A stretch of 64,000 nt of DNA, taken from NCBI GenBank assembly GCA_017523725.1, contig JAFWVY010000058.1, forward strand, positions 1 through 64,000. The letters run 5' to 3'. This document shows, one piece after another, positions 9,241 through 18,901 of this stretch. The translations under genes and the position numbers were made by a program. This stretch comes from Bacteroidales bacterium. GTDB taxonomy: Bacteria > Bacteroidota > Bacteroidia > Bacteroidales > UBA4181. The notes beneath the pieces were generated by a model. That model made no database searches and was not told the DNA's origin. It saw nothing but the letters and a program-made list of their open reading frames with translations. Positions within the stretch are counted from its first letter, which is position 1, and each line of letters opens with the position of its first letter.

Positions 9241-9696
9241 CTATCGGACCATCTTGTCTATCATCCCGGACATCTGCGCGACGTCGTATCCGCGTCCCGC
9301 ACCGAAACGCAGCAGTTTTTGTCTGGTTTCGAAGGAGGCGGAGTGCTTCAGCGTCCGGTATTTCTTTTCGAGTTCTGTCTGCACCATGGCCGCATAGGCG
9401 TCGGCATCCACTTCCGACCAGGCGGACTGCACATCCTCCGCCGCGAACCCCTGAAGACGGAGCGCATGAAAAATCTTCATCCGTCCCCAATGCCCAAAGC
9501 GCCATTTGTCCTGGATGAAACTGCGCAGATAACGCGCATCGTCCAGGAAGTGCTCCTCCTTCAGTGTCTGCAGAATCTGTGCGGTTTGTCTACCGTCCAT
9601 GCCGGCCGTGGAAAGCCTGTCGCGTATCTGCGATGCACTGTACTCCCGGCGGCTGCACAGCCTCCGGGCCATATTCAGGGCGGTTTTCTCATCCAT
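9241..9696 (-). CDS. recX: Regulatory protein RecX
   Basis: MDEKTALNMARRLCSRREYSASQIRDRL...GYDVAQ has the RecX three-helix repeat pattern. Internal ATG at 9696. It overlaps ribD by 8 nt. Confidence 0.7.
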   Translation of the reverse strand: MDEKTALNMARRLCSRREYSASQIRDRLSTAGMDGRQTAQILQTLKEEHFLDDARYLRSFIQDKWRFGHWGRMKIFHALRLQGFAAEDVQSAWSEVDADAYAAMVQTELEKKYRTLKHSASFETRQKLLRFGAGRGYDVAQMSGMIDKMVR

Positions 9697-10795
9697 GACG
9701 GTAAAAATAAAGTGTGCTCTGTGCATACGCGACCGAAGCGCAAGGAGAGCCTGTCATCACAGGAGCCGGCACGCCGCCGCCGAAAGAAGTCTTGCCGGAA
9801 AACACGCGTGCCTCGTCCCAAAGGTCCGCATCGATGAACGTCTGCAGCAGCTGGCGTCCGCCCTCCACCATCAGCGACTGGATCTGCCGGTCGTAAAGCA
9901 CTTCCATGAGCTGCGACAACCACACATTGCCGCCAAAGGACATCTGCCGGAGTTCCGTTTCCGGACGCCCGATCCGCCAGCCGTCCGTCGCAGACCGCTC
10001 GGACAAGACCCAGGTCGGAGCCTTGCCGTCGAACAAATGCAGTCCGAATGGAAGACGCAGGCTCCGGTCAAGCACGATGCGGAGCGGATGCGGATAACAG
10101 GTCGGCATTGGCATGGGCGTATCGGATGCCGCCGGGACATCACGCACGGTCAGGGAAGGATCGTCAGCCAGCGCCGTCCGCGTGCCCACCATGATGGCCT
10201 GACAACCAGCCCTCCAGGCATGCACCAGCGCCCGTTCCTCCGTTCCCGTAATCCAGCGGGGGCCGACCGGCGTCCCTTCCGGGCGGGGTGCATCGATGAA
10301 TCCATCGGCGCTCATGGCCCATTTCAAGATTATATATGGACGGTGTTTCAGATGATAGCAGAGGAATGAACGGTTCAGCGCATCGCACGCGGTCCGCAAC
10401 ACGCCTTCCGTCACCTGGCAGCCGGCGGCACGCAACCGGGCCACGCCGCGGCCGGACACCTTCGGGTTGGGATCCGGAGATCCGATGACCACCCGGGGAA
10501 TTCGGCTCGCGACAATGCGGTCGGCACAAGGCGGCGTCTTGCCGTAATGGGCGCAGGGTTCGAGCGAAACATAGAGCGTGGCATGCGGCAGCAGCGACGG
10601 GTCTCGCACACTGTCCAGCGCATTCACCTCGGCATGCGGACCGCCGTATGCGCGGTGGTATCCCTCACCGATAATGTTGCCGTCGCACACGACCACGCAT
10701 CCCACCATCGGGTTGGGTGCCGTCCGGCCGCGGCCGTTCCCGGCCAGTGCGATGCAACGCCGCATGTACGCTTCGTCCGTCTTGAAATTATCCAT
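9689..10795 (-). CDS. ribD: Bifunctional riboflavin biosynthesis protein RibD (pyrimidine deaminase / reductase)
   Basis: Deaminase domain (MRRCIALAGNGRGRTAPNPMVGCVVV...HAEVNAL...LYVSLEPCAHYGKTPPC) followed by a reductase domain (ILKWAMSADGFID...). Confidence 0.9.
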   Translation of the reverse strand: MDNFKTDEAYMRRCIALAGNGRGRTAPNPMVGCVVVCDGNIIGEGYHRAYGGPHAEVNALDSVRDPSLLPHATLYVSLEPCAHYGKTPPCADRIVASRIPRVVIGSPDPNPKVSGRGVARLRAAGCQVTEGVLRTACDALNRSFLCYHLKHRPYIILKWAMSADGFIDAPRPEGTPVGPRWITGTEERALVHAWRAGCQAIMVGTRTALADDPSLTVRDVPAASDTPMPMPTCYPHPLRIVLDRSLRLPFGLHLFDGKAPTWVLSERSATDGWRIGRPETELRQMSFGGNVWLSQLMEVLYDRQIQSLMVEGGRQLLQTFIDADLWDEARVFSGKTSFGGGVPAPVMTGSPCASVAYAQSTLYFYRHG

Positions 10796-10840
10796 ATTTT
10801 TGTCCCATCACAGCGGTCAACATGCAAAATTAGCACATTT

Positions 10841-11713
10841 ATGGACGCGTCCCAAACAAATGTCACCCTCCGCAGCCTGGTGCAGACAGCGCGACTTCAG
10901 CTGCAGACGCATTACCCCGCACCTGAAGCCGGTGCGCTGGCCGACGCCATGTGCAGGCATCTCTTCGGATACAGCCGGACCGAGGTGGTCCTGTACGGAG
11001 ACCGGACGGTATCCGACACCGCCGGATGGCAGCAGATGCTGGATGAACTGATGCGCGACCGCCCACTGGCATACATCACCGGCGAAGCCGAATTCTGCGG
11101 TCTGCGGCTGCATGTAGGGCCGGACGTGCTCATCCCGCGTCCCGAAACCGAAGAACTGGTGGACTGGATTCTCCGGGACAACCCCGAAGGACCGACCTCG
11201 CGACGCATGCTGGACATCGGCACCGGCTCCGGCTGCATCGCCGTCGCCGTCGCCGTCCGTCGTCCCGCCTGGCATATCTGCGCCTGCGATGTCATGCCCG
11301 GGGCGCTGGCAACCGCTGCACGCAATGCCGAAGACATTCATGCAGACATCACCTGCCTGTCGTACGACATCCTGTCAGATACGCCCTTCCCGGCCGCGGA
11401 CAGCCTCTTTGACACCATCGTCAGCAACCCGCCCTATGTAACAGAAGCACAGAAGGCCGAAATGCAGCCCAATGTGCTTCTGTACGAACCGCATACGGCT
11501 CTGTTTGTATCCGACGGGGACCCTGTGGTCTTCTACCGTCACATCGCCCGTTTCGGCCGCAGCCACCTGAAACCCGGAGGACGCGTCTATGTCGAAATCA
11601 ACGAGACGCTGCCCGACCAGACCCGGCAAATGTTTCTCGACAACGGCTTCGGCGATGTCCGGCTCCGCAAGGACATCAACGGCAAATGGCGGATGCTGCG
11701 GGCCGGCCTGTAG
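10841..11713 (+). CDS. prmC: Release factor glutamine methyltransferase PrmC (HemK)
   Basis: SAM-methyltransferase motifs (LDIGTGSGCIAVAVA, NPPY at IVSNPPYV) and a HemK N-domain. Internal ATG at 10841 (MDASQTNVTL); the long upstream ORF extension overlaps ribD on the other strand. Confidence 0.85.
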   Translation: MDASQTNVTLRSLVQTARLQLQTHYPAPEAGALADAMCRHLFGYSRTEVVLYGDRTVSDTAGWQQMLDELMRDRPLAYITGEAEFCGLRLHVGPDVLIPRPETEELVDWILRDNPEGPTSRRMLDIGTGSGCIAVAVAVRRPAWHICACDVMPGALATAARNAEDIHADITCLSYDILSDTPFPAADSLFDTIVSNPPYVTEAQKAEMQPNVLLYEPHTALFVSDGDPVVFYRHIARFGRSHLKPGGRVYVEINETLPDQTRQMFLDNGFGDVRLRKDINGKWRMLRAGL

Positions 11714-11716
11714 CCG

Positions 11717-13042
11717 CTACAGGTAACGTTTCATGAATTCCAGGAAAATCTCCCAGTCAATGGGCATGTTGCCGTGCCCGCCCTCGTGCATGAAGTAACC
11801 CAGCGTATGGTAAATCGGGGTGTCGGGCGCCGGCATCTCGGTCGTGCCCAGATCGTCCTTTCCGAGCAGGCGGTAAACCTTTCCGCCTTCCACCGCCGCA
11901 TAGAATTCACCCTTCGGATCCGACCAGTTGTCGGTCGTACCGGTCTGCAGCAACAACGGACGCGGGGCAATCAGTGCAACCAGCATGTTGGCATCCACCG
12001 GCATCTTCGTCACATCCTCGGCATACTTGCCATAGTTTGCTGCGAACTGGTACGGGAAGCGGGTCTTTTCGGTCAGGTGCGCCACCGTCTCGCCGAAATT
12101 GCGTCGGCTGATGGCCGCACCGCCTTCGCCGGAGCAGGAAGCGAGCACCATGGCCACGCGGGGTTCACGCGCCCCGGCCCACATGACCGTCTTACCCAGC
12201 CGGGAGGCACCGGTGATGGCGACACGTGTAGCATCAATGTCATCATCTTTCTCGAAGTAGTCGATGATATTGCTGACACCCCAGGCCCATGCCGAGATGG
12301 AACCCCATTCGTCGGGTTCGGGTTCTTCCGCGCCCGGTTTCAGGTAAAGGCTGCGGACACCCAGTGTCGCACCGCCGAGGAAATCGGGGTCGATATCAGT
12401 ATACTGGAACGTGGCAAAGCCAAATCCCTCCTTCAGAAGCGACTGGATGGTCGATGTCATCATGCCACCCCCGCGGCCGCCGCCGAAACCGCCGCCAAAG
12501 CCGCCGCCGAAGCCGCCGCCGGCCTGCTGGGTCACACGTGTCTTGGTCCTGGAATCCCAGCTGGAACTCGGCAGGATGCCTTCCTCGCCGGATGCCATGC
12601 TGTTACCGAAAAAGCTCAGGTTCAGCAGCAGCGGCACCGGGCCGTTGGCATCCTTGGGCAAATAGATAAGCACATTGACAAACTGGCTTTTGTCTTCGCA
12701 GAAATACAGGGTCACCTGCTTGCGCACCGCCGTACCGCCCATACCTTCGTCCGTCTTGATGTCGTAACGCAGCGGCGGTTTCTGGGCCGGCCACTTGCCG
12801 TACTGGTTTTCCTCGAAGAGCCGGACGATTTCCGGACGGCGTTTCTTGTACCACTGCTTGGCCGTCTTGACCGGCTTGCCGTTGAGCATGACCAGCGGAT
12901 CGGGCAGTGTTGCCTTGTAATCACCCGTTTTCGATTCATCGTAGTTGACCGGAATACCGGCAATGACCTCGCGGTCCTGCGCGGAAACCGCAGTGAATGC
13001 CGCACAGAGCGCGCAGCATGTCAGGAAGTAACGTATTCTCAT
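11717..13042 (-). CDS. Carbohydrate esterase family 15-like glucuronoyl esterase, secreted, with an internal Gly/Phe-rich insertion
   Basis: Signal peptide MRIRYFLTCCALCAAFTAVSAQ. The CE15-type N-terminal region (YDESKTGDYKATLPDPLVMLNGKPVKTAKQWYKKRRPEIVRLFEENQYGKWP), a nucleophile motif TGASRLGK (the GCSRxG class) and a C-terminal catalytic His region (HEGGHG) support the call. It carries an unusual insertion GGGFGGGFGGGFGGGRGGGMM. Confidence 0.7.
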   Translation of the reverse strand: MRIRYFLTCCALCAAFTAVSAQDREVIAGIPVNYDESKTGDYKATLPDPLVMLNGKPVKTAKQWYKKRRPEIVRLFEENQYGKWPAQKPPLRYDIKTDEGMGGTAVRKQVTLYFCEDKSQFVNVLIYLPKDANGPVPLLLNLSFFGNSMASGEEGILPSSSWDSRTKTRVTQQAGGGFGGGFGGGFGGGRGGGMMTSTIQSLLKEGFGFATFQYTDIDPDFLGGATLGVRSLYLKPGAEEPEPDEWGSISAWAWGVSNIIDYFEKDDDIDATRVAITGASRLGKTVMWAGAREPRVAMVLASCSGEGGAAISRRNFGETVAHLTEKTRFPYQFAANYGKYAEDVTKMPVDANMLVALIAPRPLLLQTGTTDNWSDPKGEFYAAVEGGKVYRLLGKDDLGTTEMPAPDTPIYHTLGYFMHEGGHGNMPIDWEIFLEFMKRYL

Positions 13043-13118
13043 TTTATTTGGGTTTTGAGTTGATTGTGTCCATCCCTGACAACCGACTGAAAAAAATTAC
13101 CGTTTTCTGCCGGTTGGG

Positions 13119-13143
13119 GCTGTAAAATTACTATTTTTACAGC
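13119..13143. promoter_or_regulatory. Perfect 9-bp inverted repeat (GCTGTAAAA-N7-TTTTACAGC), a candidate operator in the divergent CE15/GH78 promoter region
   Basis: gctgtaaaattactatttttacagc lies in the 137-bp intergenic region between the divergent esterase and rhamnosidase genes, about 37 bp upstream of the GH78 ATG. Confidence 0.4.
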
Positions 13144-13179
13144 CGTTTTTTCACACTGCCACCAAAAAAAATAAAGAAC

Positions 13180-16100
13180 ATGAGAAAACTTATTTTTTCG
13201 TTTTTTACAATTGCGCTCCTTCTGGCAGGCTTTTCGACCCTGCAGGCAGCGACAACCATCACGGCCCTGAGGACCGAGGCCCTGGAGACACCGCTCGGCA
13301 TCGATGAGATGCAACCCCTGTTCAGCTGGCAGATGTCTTCCGACCGCATCGGTGCAGCCCAGACGGCCTACCAGATTCTGGTGGCCACTTCCGAAGATGA
13401 GCTGAAACAGGACGGGAACCTGATGTACAATTCCGGACGCCGCAGTTCCGACCAGTCGTTGGGCGTGGCCTACGCCGGGAAATCTCTGAAAGGGTCGACA
13501 CGCTATTTCTGGAAAGTGTTGGTCTGGGATGAGAACAACCAATTGATCGAATCCGAGCCCTCATGGTTCGAGACCGGACTGATGGGCATCGGCTGGAGCC
13601 GGGCGCAGTGGATCGGTTCGTCCGAAGTGTTGCTGTCGAAATACCGCACATTTTTCAATATCGACCTCGACCTGCAGATTGCGGAAGGGAGCAACCACGC
13701 CGTGTTCGTATACAGCGCGAAGGACAAGGACAACTATATCGCCACGGATCTGGACCTGAACGGCGGTGCGGCGCAGTTCATCGTGCGCTATGCCGTCGAT
13801 GGAGAGGTCCACGAACGGGCCACCATCGATGTGTCGGACGTGGTGACCGCCGCAAACGCGCATCAGCCGCATCACTTGCGTCTGGTGGTGACCACGCCGG
13901 GCTATCACCTCAAATCTAATCTCGTAGCCTCCCTTGATGGCAAGACGCTGAGCGCAGCCGCTCCGGCGCCGGCCGCAGGCGGCTTCGGCGGAGGTTTCGG
14001 CGGAGGCCGTTCCGGCGGCGCATCGGCCCAGATACAGATCGACCCCTATCCGAGCGGGGAATATATCACAGACTGGGCCCGGCTTCACTCCATCGGTTTC
14101 ATGCAGCCGAGGGGCGAAAAAGCTGTATTCTCGAATATCGTAATCACCGAAACGAACTGGCAGACGACATTGTATAAAGATCCGCAGGAAAAACACGAAG
14201 TGACAGGAACGGGCGCCATGACGACATGGGAGCCCTATGGCCTGGTATCGGCCCCCATGCTGCGCAAGAGCATCAATGTGGCCAAGCCCGTCAAATCGGC
14301 CCGGCTGTATGTCACCGCCCGCGGTATCTATGAGTTCTATGTCAACGGACAGCGGGTCAGCAACGACTATTTCAACCCGACCTGGACCGATTACCGCTAC
14401 CGTATTCTTTACAACGCCTACGATATCACGTCCATGCTGAAAGAAGGGGCGAACGGCGTAGGAGCCATGCTGGGTGCCGGCTGGTTCAGCGACCTCAACA
14501 TCTTCACCGCCGCGCAGGTCGACCCGTACGGCATCCGCCAGTCGCTGATGGCCAAGATCCTCATCACCTACGAAGACGGCACCTCGCAGACCGTGGTGAC
14601 CGACGGCACCTGGAAACGCTATGACGAAGGCCCTGTCACCCGTAACGGGTTCCAGTTCGGTGAGGACTATGATGCCCGCAAGGAAGTGGACAACTGGACG
14701 ATGGGGGATTTCGACGACTCCTCCTGGAAACCCGCCGTCATTTTCGAGCGTCCGGCGCCGACCGTCGAAATACAGGCTTTCGTCGGTCTTCCGATTCGTA
14801 ACAACGTGACTCTCACGGCCATTTCGGTTACAGAACCGGTAAAAGGCACCTATGTGTATGACCTCGGACAGAATATCGTGGGTGTTCCGCGTATCGAAGG
14901 CATGAAGGGGAAAGCCGGCCAGCGCATCAACTTCCGGTACGGCGAGATGATCTATCCGGAAAAGATTCCTACCAACCCGGTGGCTCCTTACACCGTTGAA
15001 ACCTACCAGAAGATGAAGGGACAGGTTTATGTCGAGAATTACCGGGGCGCCATCTCCATCGACAATTACATCCTGCGGGGCAAAGCATCAGGCGAGACCT
15101 ACCAGCCGCTGTTCACCTGCCACGGATTCCGCTATATTTCCATTACGGGTCTGAATGCGCCGCTGCCCATCGAGCAGGTCAAAGGTATCGTACTGGAATC
15201 CATCGGTCTGACAACCAGTAATTACGAGACCGACAACGCCAATATCAACCGGTTGTTCCAGAATATCCAGTGGGGTCAGCGCGGCAACTTCCAGTCGGTT
15301 CCGACCGACTGCCCGCAGCGTGACGAGCGCCAGGGATGGACCGGCGACGCCGAAGTGTTCGCCCGCGCCGCCACCTATTTCAGCCCGTGGGTTGACAAGT
15401 TCTATGCCCGCTGGTTCTACTCCATGCGCGACAACCAGCATGTGGACGGCAGTTACTTCAATTACTATCCGGTGACCGGGAATCCGCCGTACGGGTATTC
15501 TCCCGAATCTTCGGCCGGCTGGATGGGCTGGATGGATGCCGGCATCATCGTGCCGTGGCAGGTGTACCAGCAGTATGGGGACACCAAGGTGCTCGAACAG
15601 CATTACGAGTCCATGACCCGGTACATGAACTATCTGGAGGGCCAGGCCAACGACGACTACACGCAGATGACCTCGGGCATCGGCGACCACCTGGCTGTGG
15701 AAAGCACCAACATCGGCTTGACCAACACGGCATTCTACGCCTACGATGCGCACATGATGTCAAAAATCGCCGCCGCACTGGGCAAGACGGATGACGCCCG
15801 CAAATATGCGGCGCTGTACGATAACATCAAGAAAGGGTTCAATGCCAAATACGTCAACGACGAGGGCGTGACGGTGGCTACGGGCTCCTCGATGTTCGGC
15901 ATGTTCGGCGGCATGGGCGGCGGCATGATGGGCGGCGGCAATGCGGCTTCCAGCGAACCGCGTCCGGTCAATACCCAGACTTCCTATGCCCTGCCTCTGG
16001 TCATCGATCTGTTCGACGATGCGCACAAAGCCAAAGCGGTGGACAATCTGGTCAAGAACATTGAAGACCACGGCAACAAGCTGACCACCGGTTTCATCGG

Positions 16101-16659
16101 CACGCCGCACCTCAACATGGCCCTTTCGGACAACGGACGTGACGATATCGCGTACAAGCTGTTCGAACAGACGGAGTATCCGTCGTGGCTGTATCCGGTG
16201 CTGCAGGGCGGTACCACCATGTGGGAGCGTTGGAACTCGTATACCATCGAAAACGGTTTCGGTCCCGTAGATATGAACTCGTTCAACCATTGCGCCTATG
16301 GTGCCATCGCCGAATGGATGTTCGCCCATTCGCTCGGCATCCAGCGCGATGAGGACAAGCCGGGCTACAAGCACATCATCCTGCAGCCCAAGGTCGGCGG
16401 CACCATCCAGTTCGCCAAGGGCTATTTCGAAAGTCCTTACGGCCAGATCTCCTCCGGATGGGAAAAGACCAAGAACGGCTACATCTACCGCGTCACCGTA
16501 CCGGCCAACACCACGGCTTCGCTCACGCTGAAAGCCGGCGGCATCGACAAGGTCACGGTCAAGGCAGGCAAGGAAGGCGTCAGCCCGTTCCGGTCGCTGA
16601 CCGGCAAAGTCATGGCCGAGCTGAAATCCGGCACCTACGAATTCGAGGTTACGGAATAA
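13180..16659 (+). CDS. Glycoside hydrolase family 78 alpha-L-rhamnosidase (1159 aa, secreted)
   Basis: Signal peptide, then the GH78 N-domain (TALRTEALETPLGIDEMQPLFSWQM...TAYQILVATSE...TRYFWKVLVWDENN...WFETGL). It also has the (alpha/alpha)6 catalytic domain (GDAEVFARAATYF) and a C-terminal beta-sandwich. Two unusual Gly-rich insertions are present (AAGGFGGGFGGGRSGGAS and SSMFGMFGGMGGGMMGGGNAASS). Confidence 0.9.
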   Translation: MRKLIFSFFTIALLLAGFSTLQAATTITALRTEALETPLGIDEMQPLFSWQMSSDRIGAAQTAYQILVATSEDELKQDGNLMYNSGRRSSDQSLGVAYAGKSLKGSTRYFWKVLVWDENNQLIESEPSWFETGLMGIGWSRAQWIGSSEVLLSKYRTFFNIDLDLQIAEGSNHAVFVYSAKDKDNYIATDLDLNGGAAQFIVRYAVDGEVHERATIDVSDVVTAANAHQPHHLRLVVTTPGYHLKSNLVASLDGKTLSAAAPAPAAGGFGGGFGGGRSGGASAQIQIDPYPSGEYITDWARLHSIGFMQPRGEKAVFSNIVITETNWQTTLYKDPQEKHEVTGTGAMTTWEPYGLVSAPMLRKSINVAKPVKSARLYVTARGIYEFYVNGQRVSNDYFNPTWTDYRYRILYNAYDITSMLKEGANGVGAMLGAGWFSDLNIFTAAQVDPYGIRQSLMAKILITYEDGTSQTVVTDGTWKRYDEGPVTRNGFQFGEDYDARKEVDNWTMGDFDDSSWKPAVIFERPAPTVEIQAFVGLPIRNNVTLTAISVTEPVKGTYVYDLGQNIVGVPRIEGMKGKAGQRINFRYGEMIYPEKIPTNPVAPYTVETYQKMKGQVYVENYRGAISIDNYILRGKASGETYQPLFTCHGFRYISITGLNAPLPIEQVKGIVLESIGLTTSNYETDNANINRLFQNIQWGQRGNFQSVPTDCPQRDERQGWTGDAEVFARAATYFSPWVDKFYARWFYSMRDNQHVDGSYFNYYPVTGNPPYGYSPESSAGWMGWMDAGIIVPWQVYQQYGDTKVLEQHYESMTRYMNYLEGQANDDYTQMTSGIGDHLAVESTNIGLTNTAFYAYDAHMMSKIAAALGKTDDARKYAALYDNIKKGFNAKYVNDEGVTVATGSSMFGMFGGMGGGMMGGGNAASSEPRPVNTQTSYALPLVIDLFDDAHKAKAVDNLVKNIEDHGNKLTTGFIGTPHLNMALSDNGRDDIAYKLFEQTEYPSWLYPVLQGGTTMWERWNSYTIENGFGPVDMNSFNHCAYGAIAEWMFAHSLGIQRDEDKPGYKHIILQPKVGGTIQFAKGYFESPYGQISSGWEKTKNGYIYRVTVPANTTASLTLKAGGIDKVTVKAGKEGVSPFRSLTGKVMAELKSGTYEFEVTE

Positions 16660-16676
16660 CCGGAATAACACTTGGA

Positions 16677-16712
16677 AAGGCGGAACCGCGGATACCGGTT
16701 CCGCCTTTTTCA
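16677..16712 (+). terminator. Rho-independent terminator after the GH78 gene
   Basis: aaggcggaaccg-cggata-ccggttccgcctt followed by ttttt, 18 nt after the stop codon. Confidence 0.7.
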
Positions 16713-16746
16713 TTTATCTTTATTGCTCCAATCAACATTCGAAATC

Positions 16747-18825
16747 ATGAAATACGGCAAATACATCCTGGTGCCGGTCCTGTGCTTTCTGTCCCCGTTC
16801 CTTCTGGGAGCCCGGCAGGACAGCGGCTTCGACACGATGTTCCGTCAGGCGGAAAAAGTAGCGGACAACAACCGGCTGGTCTGTTTCGGTGCAGTGACAC
16901 CGCAGTGGAAAGACAACGGGGTGTTCTACTACACGACCCGGACTCCGGATGGCAACGCCAGTTACGAAGTGGATGTGACGGCGGGGACCAAGACGCCTGT
17001 CACGGCCGAAGTCATGCAGGAACGGCTGCGGAGCAACAGCGAAGGACGGCAGCCGCAACAACCGCAGGCGGGCATGCCGGCACAGGGATTCCGCCGCGGT
17101 CAGACGGTGTCGCCCGATGGAAAGACAGAGGCATTCATCCGGGACCACAACGTCTGGATCAGGCCGGCCGGTCCCGGTTCCAACCCCGGACGCCAGCTCA
17201 GTTTCGACGGTACGGAGGGGAACGCATACAGCCGGCCCGTCTGGTCACCCGACAGCCGGCGGCTCGCGGCCCTGCGAACAGGATCCGTAGAAGAACGGCA
17301 GGTCATGCTGCGCGAATCGCATCCGGAAGAGCAGGTGCAACCCATCTACCGCTGGATAGACTACGCCAAACCCGGGGACGAACTTCCACAGACCGCCGTC
17401 GCACTGTTCGATGCAGTCGAAGGACGCCAGATTCCTGTTGATATGACACCCTACCGTAACCAGTACGAGCTCCGCTTCGGACGCTGGTCGCCCGATGGCA
17501 GTTTCTTCACGTTCGAATACAACCAGCGCGGCCATCAGCTGTACCAGTTGGTCGCGGTCGACGGCACGGACGGGCGCACGCGCACACTGGCGGAAGAACG
17601 CTCGGAGACGTTCGTCTACTACAACACGCTCTGGCGGCACTATTACAGCGACGGCTCCGCCATTCTCTGGATCTCCGAGAGAGACGACTGGCGTCACCTG
17701 TACCGGATTGAGCCGGGTACAGGGCATATCACCCAAATCACCAAAGGAGAATGGAATATTCGTGAAATCGAGCACATTAACGAAGAAGAAGGATTCGCTC
17801 TGGCCTACGCCAACGGACTGCACGCCGCAGAAGGCGAGGATCCGTACAACAAGCATCTCATCCGGATCGACTTGAAGACCGGGACCGTCCGCGACCTGAC
17901 ACCGGAAAACGCACACCACGAAGTCTCCTTCAACCGGGATCACTCCCGCATGGTGGACAACTATTCCCGGCCGGACCTCCCCTATACCAGCGTCGTCCGC
18001 GACGCCACCGACGGACGTATCCTGCTCGTGCTGCAGCAGGCCGACATCCGGCAACTCCTGGCAGCGGGATTCACCATGCCGGAAGTGTTTCATGCCAAAG
18101 GCCGCGATGGGAAAACCGACATTTGGGGCACCATCCACCGGCCGATGCATTTCAACGCACGGAAGACCTATCCTGTGGTGGAATATATCTACGCCGGACC
18201 GCACGATGCGCATGTAGAAAAGAACTTCGTGGCGTACAGCCGCGTGGAGAAACTGGCTGCCTGCGGATTCATCGTGGTCTGCATCGACGGCATGGGCACC
18301 GACCACCGCTCCAAGACCTTCCAGGACGTCTGCTGGCGCAACCTGAAAGACGCCGGTTTTCCCGACCGTATTCCGTGGATCAAGGCCGCTGCCGCCGTGC
18401 ACAAGGAGATGGACATCTCCCATGTGGGCATTTTCGGATATTCGGCCGGTGGTCAGAACGCCCTGTCTGCACTGCTGTTTTTCCCGGAATTCTACAAGAC
18501 GGCCGTAGCCCTCTGCGGATGCCACGACAACCGCATGGACAAGATGTGGTGGAACGAGCAGTGGATGGGATATCCCGTCGGGCCCTGGTACGGCGAGAAC
18601 TCCAACGTGGACAACGCCTGGCGTCTTGAAGGCAACCTGCTGCTCATCAACGGGGAGATGGACGACAATGTCGACCCGGCCTCAACCCTGCAAGTGGTTT
18701 CCGAACTGATAAAGCACAATAAATATTTCGAGCAGCTGTACCTGCCCGGTTTCAGCCATAACCTCGGCAGCAACTATATCGACCGGCGGGTCTTCGAATT
18801 CCTCTGGCGGCACCGGAACGACTGA
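16747..18825 (+). CDS. S9 family serine peptidase (dipeptidyl-peptidase IV-like / prolyl oligopeptidase family), secreted
   Basis: Internal ATG 16747 (MKYGKYILVPVLCFLSPFLLGARQ, a signal peptide). N-terminal beta-propeller-like region (WSPDGSFFTFEYNQRGHQLYQL). C-terminal alpha/beta hydrolase with GxSxGG (GIFGYSAGGQNA) and an Asp/His region (LINGEMDDNVDP ... GFSHN). Confidence 0.8.
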   Translation: MKYGKYILVPVLCFLSPFLLGARQDSGFDTMFRQAEKVADNNRLVCFGAVTPQWKDNGVFYYTTRTPDGNASYEVDVTAGTKTPVTAEVMQERLRSNSEGRQPQQPQAGMPAQGFRRGQTVSPDGKTEAFIRDHNVWIRPAGPGSNPGRQLSFDGTEGNAYSRPVWSPDSRRLAALRTGSVEERQVMLRESHPEEQVQPIYRWIDYAKPGDELPQTAVALFDAVEGRQIPVDMTPYRNQYELRFGRWSPDGSFFTFEYNQRGHQLYQLVAVDGTDGRTRTLAEERSETFVYYNTLWRHYYSDGSAILWISERDDWRHLYRIEPGTGHITQITKGEWNIREIEHINEEEGFALAYANGLHAAEGEDPYNKHLIRIDLKTGTVRDLTPENAHHEVSFNRDHSRMVDNYSRPDLPYTSVVRDATDGRILLVLQQADIRQLLAAGFTMPEVFHAKGRDGKTDIWGTIHRPMHFNARKTYPVVEYIYAGPHDAHVEKNFVAYSRVEKLAACGFIVVCIDGMGTDHRSKTFQDVCWRNLKDAGFPDRIPWIKAAAAVHKEMDISHVGIFGYSAGGQNALSALLFFPEFYKTAVALCGCHDNRMDKMWWNEQWMGYPVGPWYGENSNVDNAWRLEGNLLLINGEMDDNVDPASTLQVVSELIKHNKYFEQLYLPGFSHNLGSNYIDRRVFEFLWRHRND

Positions 18826-18901
18826 CCCGGTGCCGGTCGTATGCCATACAAAACAGCTATCTTTGTACCGTCATCCATATTCCGTGAACACCGCGAAGCA
18901 A

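Noticed and set aside
4836-10840. Searched for an FMN riboswitch upstream of ribH (5288..5345) and ribD (10796..10840).
   Set aside because: Both upstream regions are under 60 nt, too short for an approximately 140-nt FMN aptamer. ribH appears co-transcribed with the upstream TPR gene.
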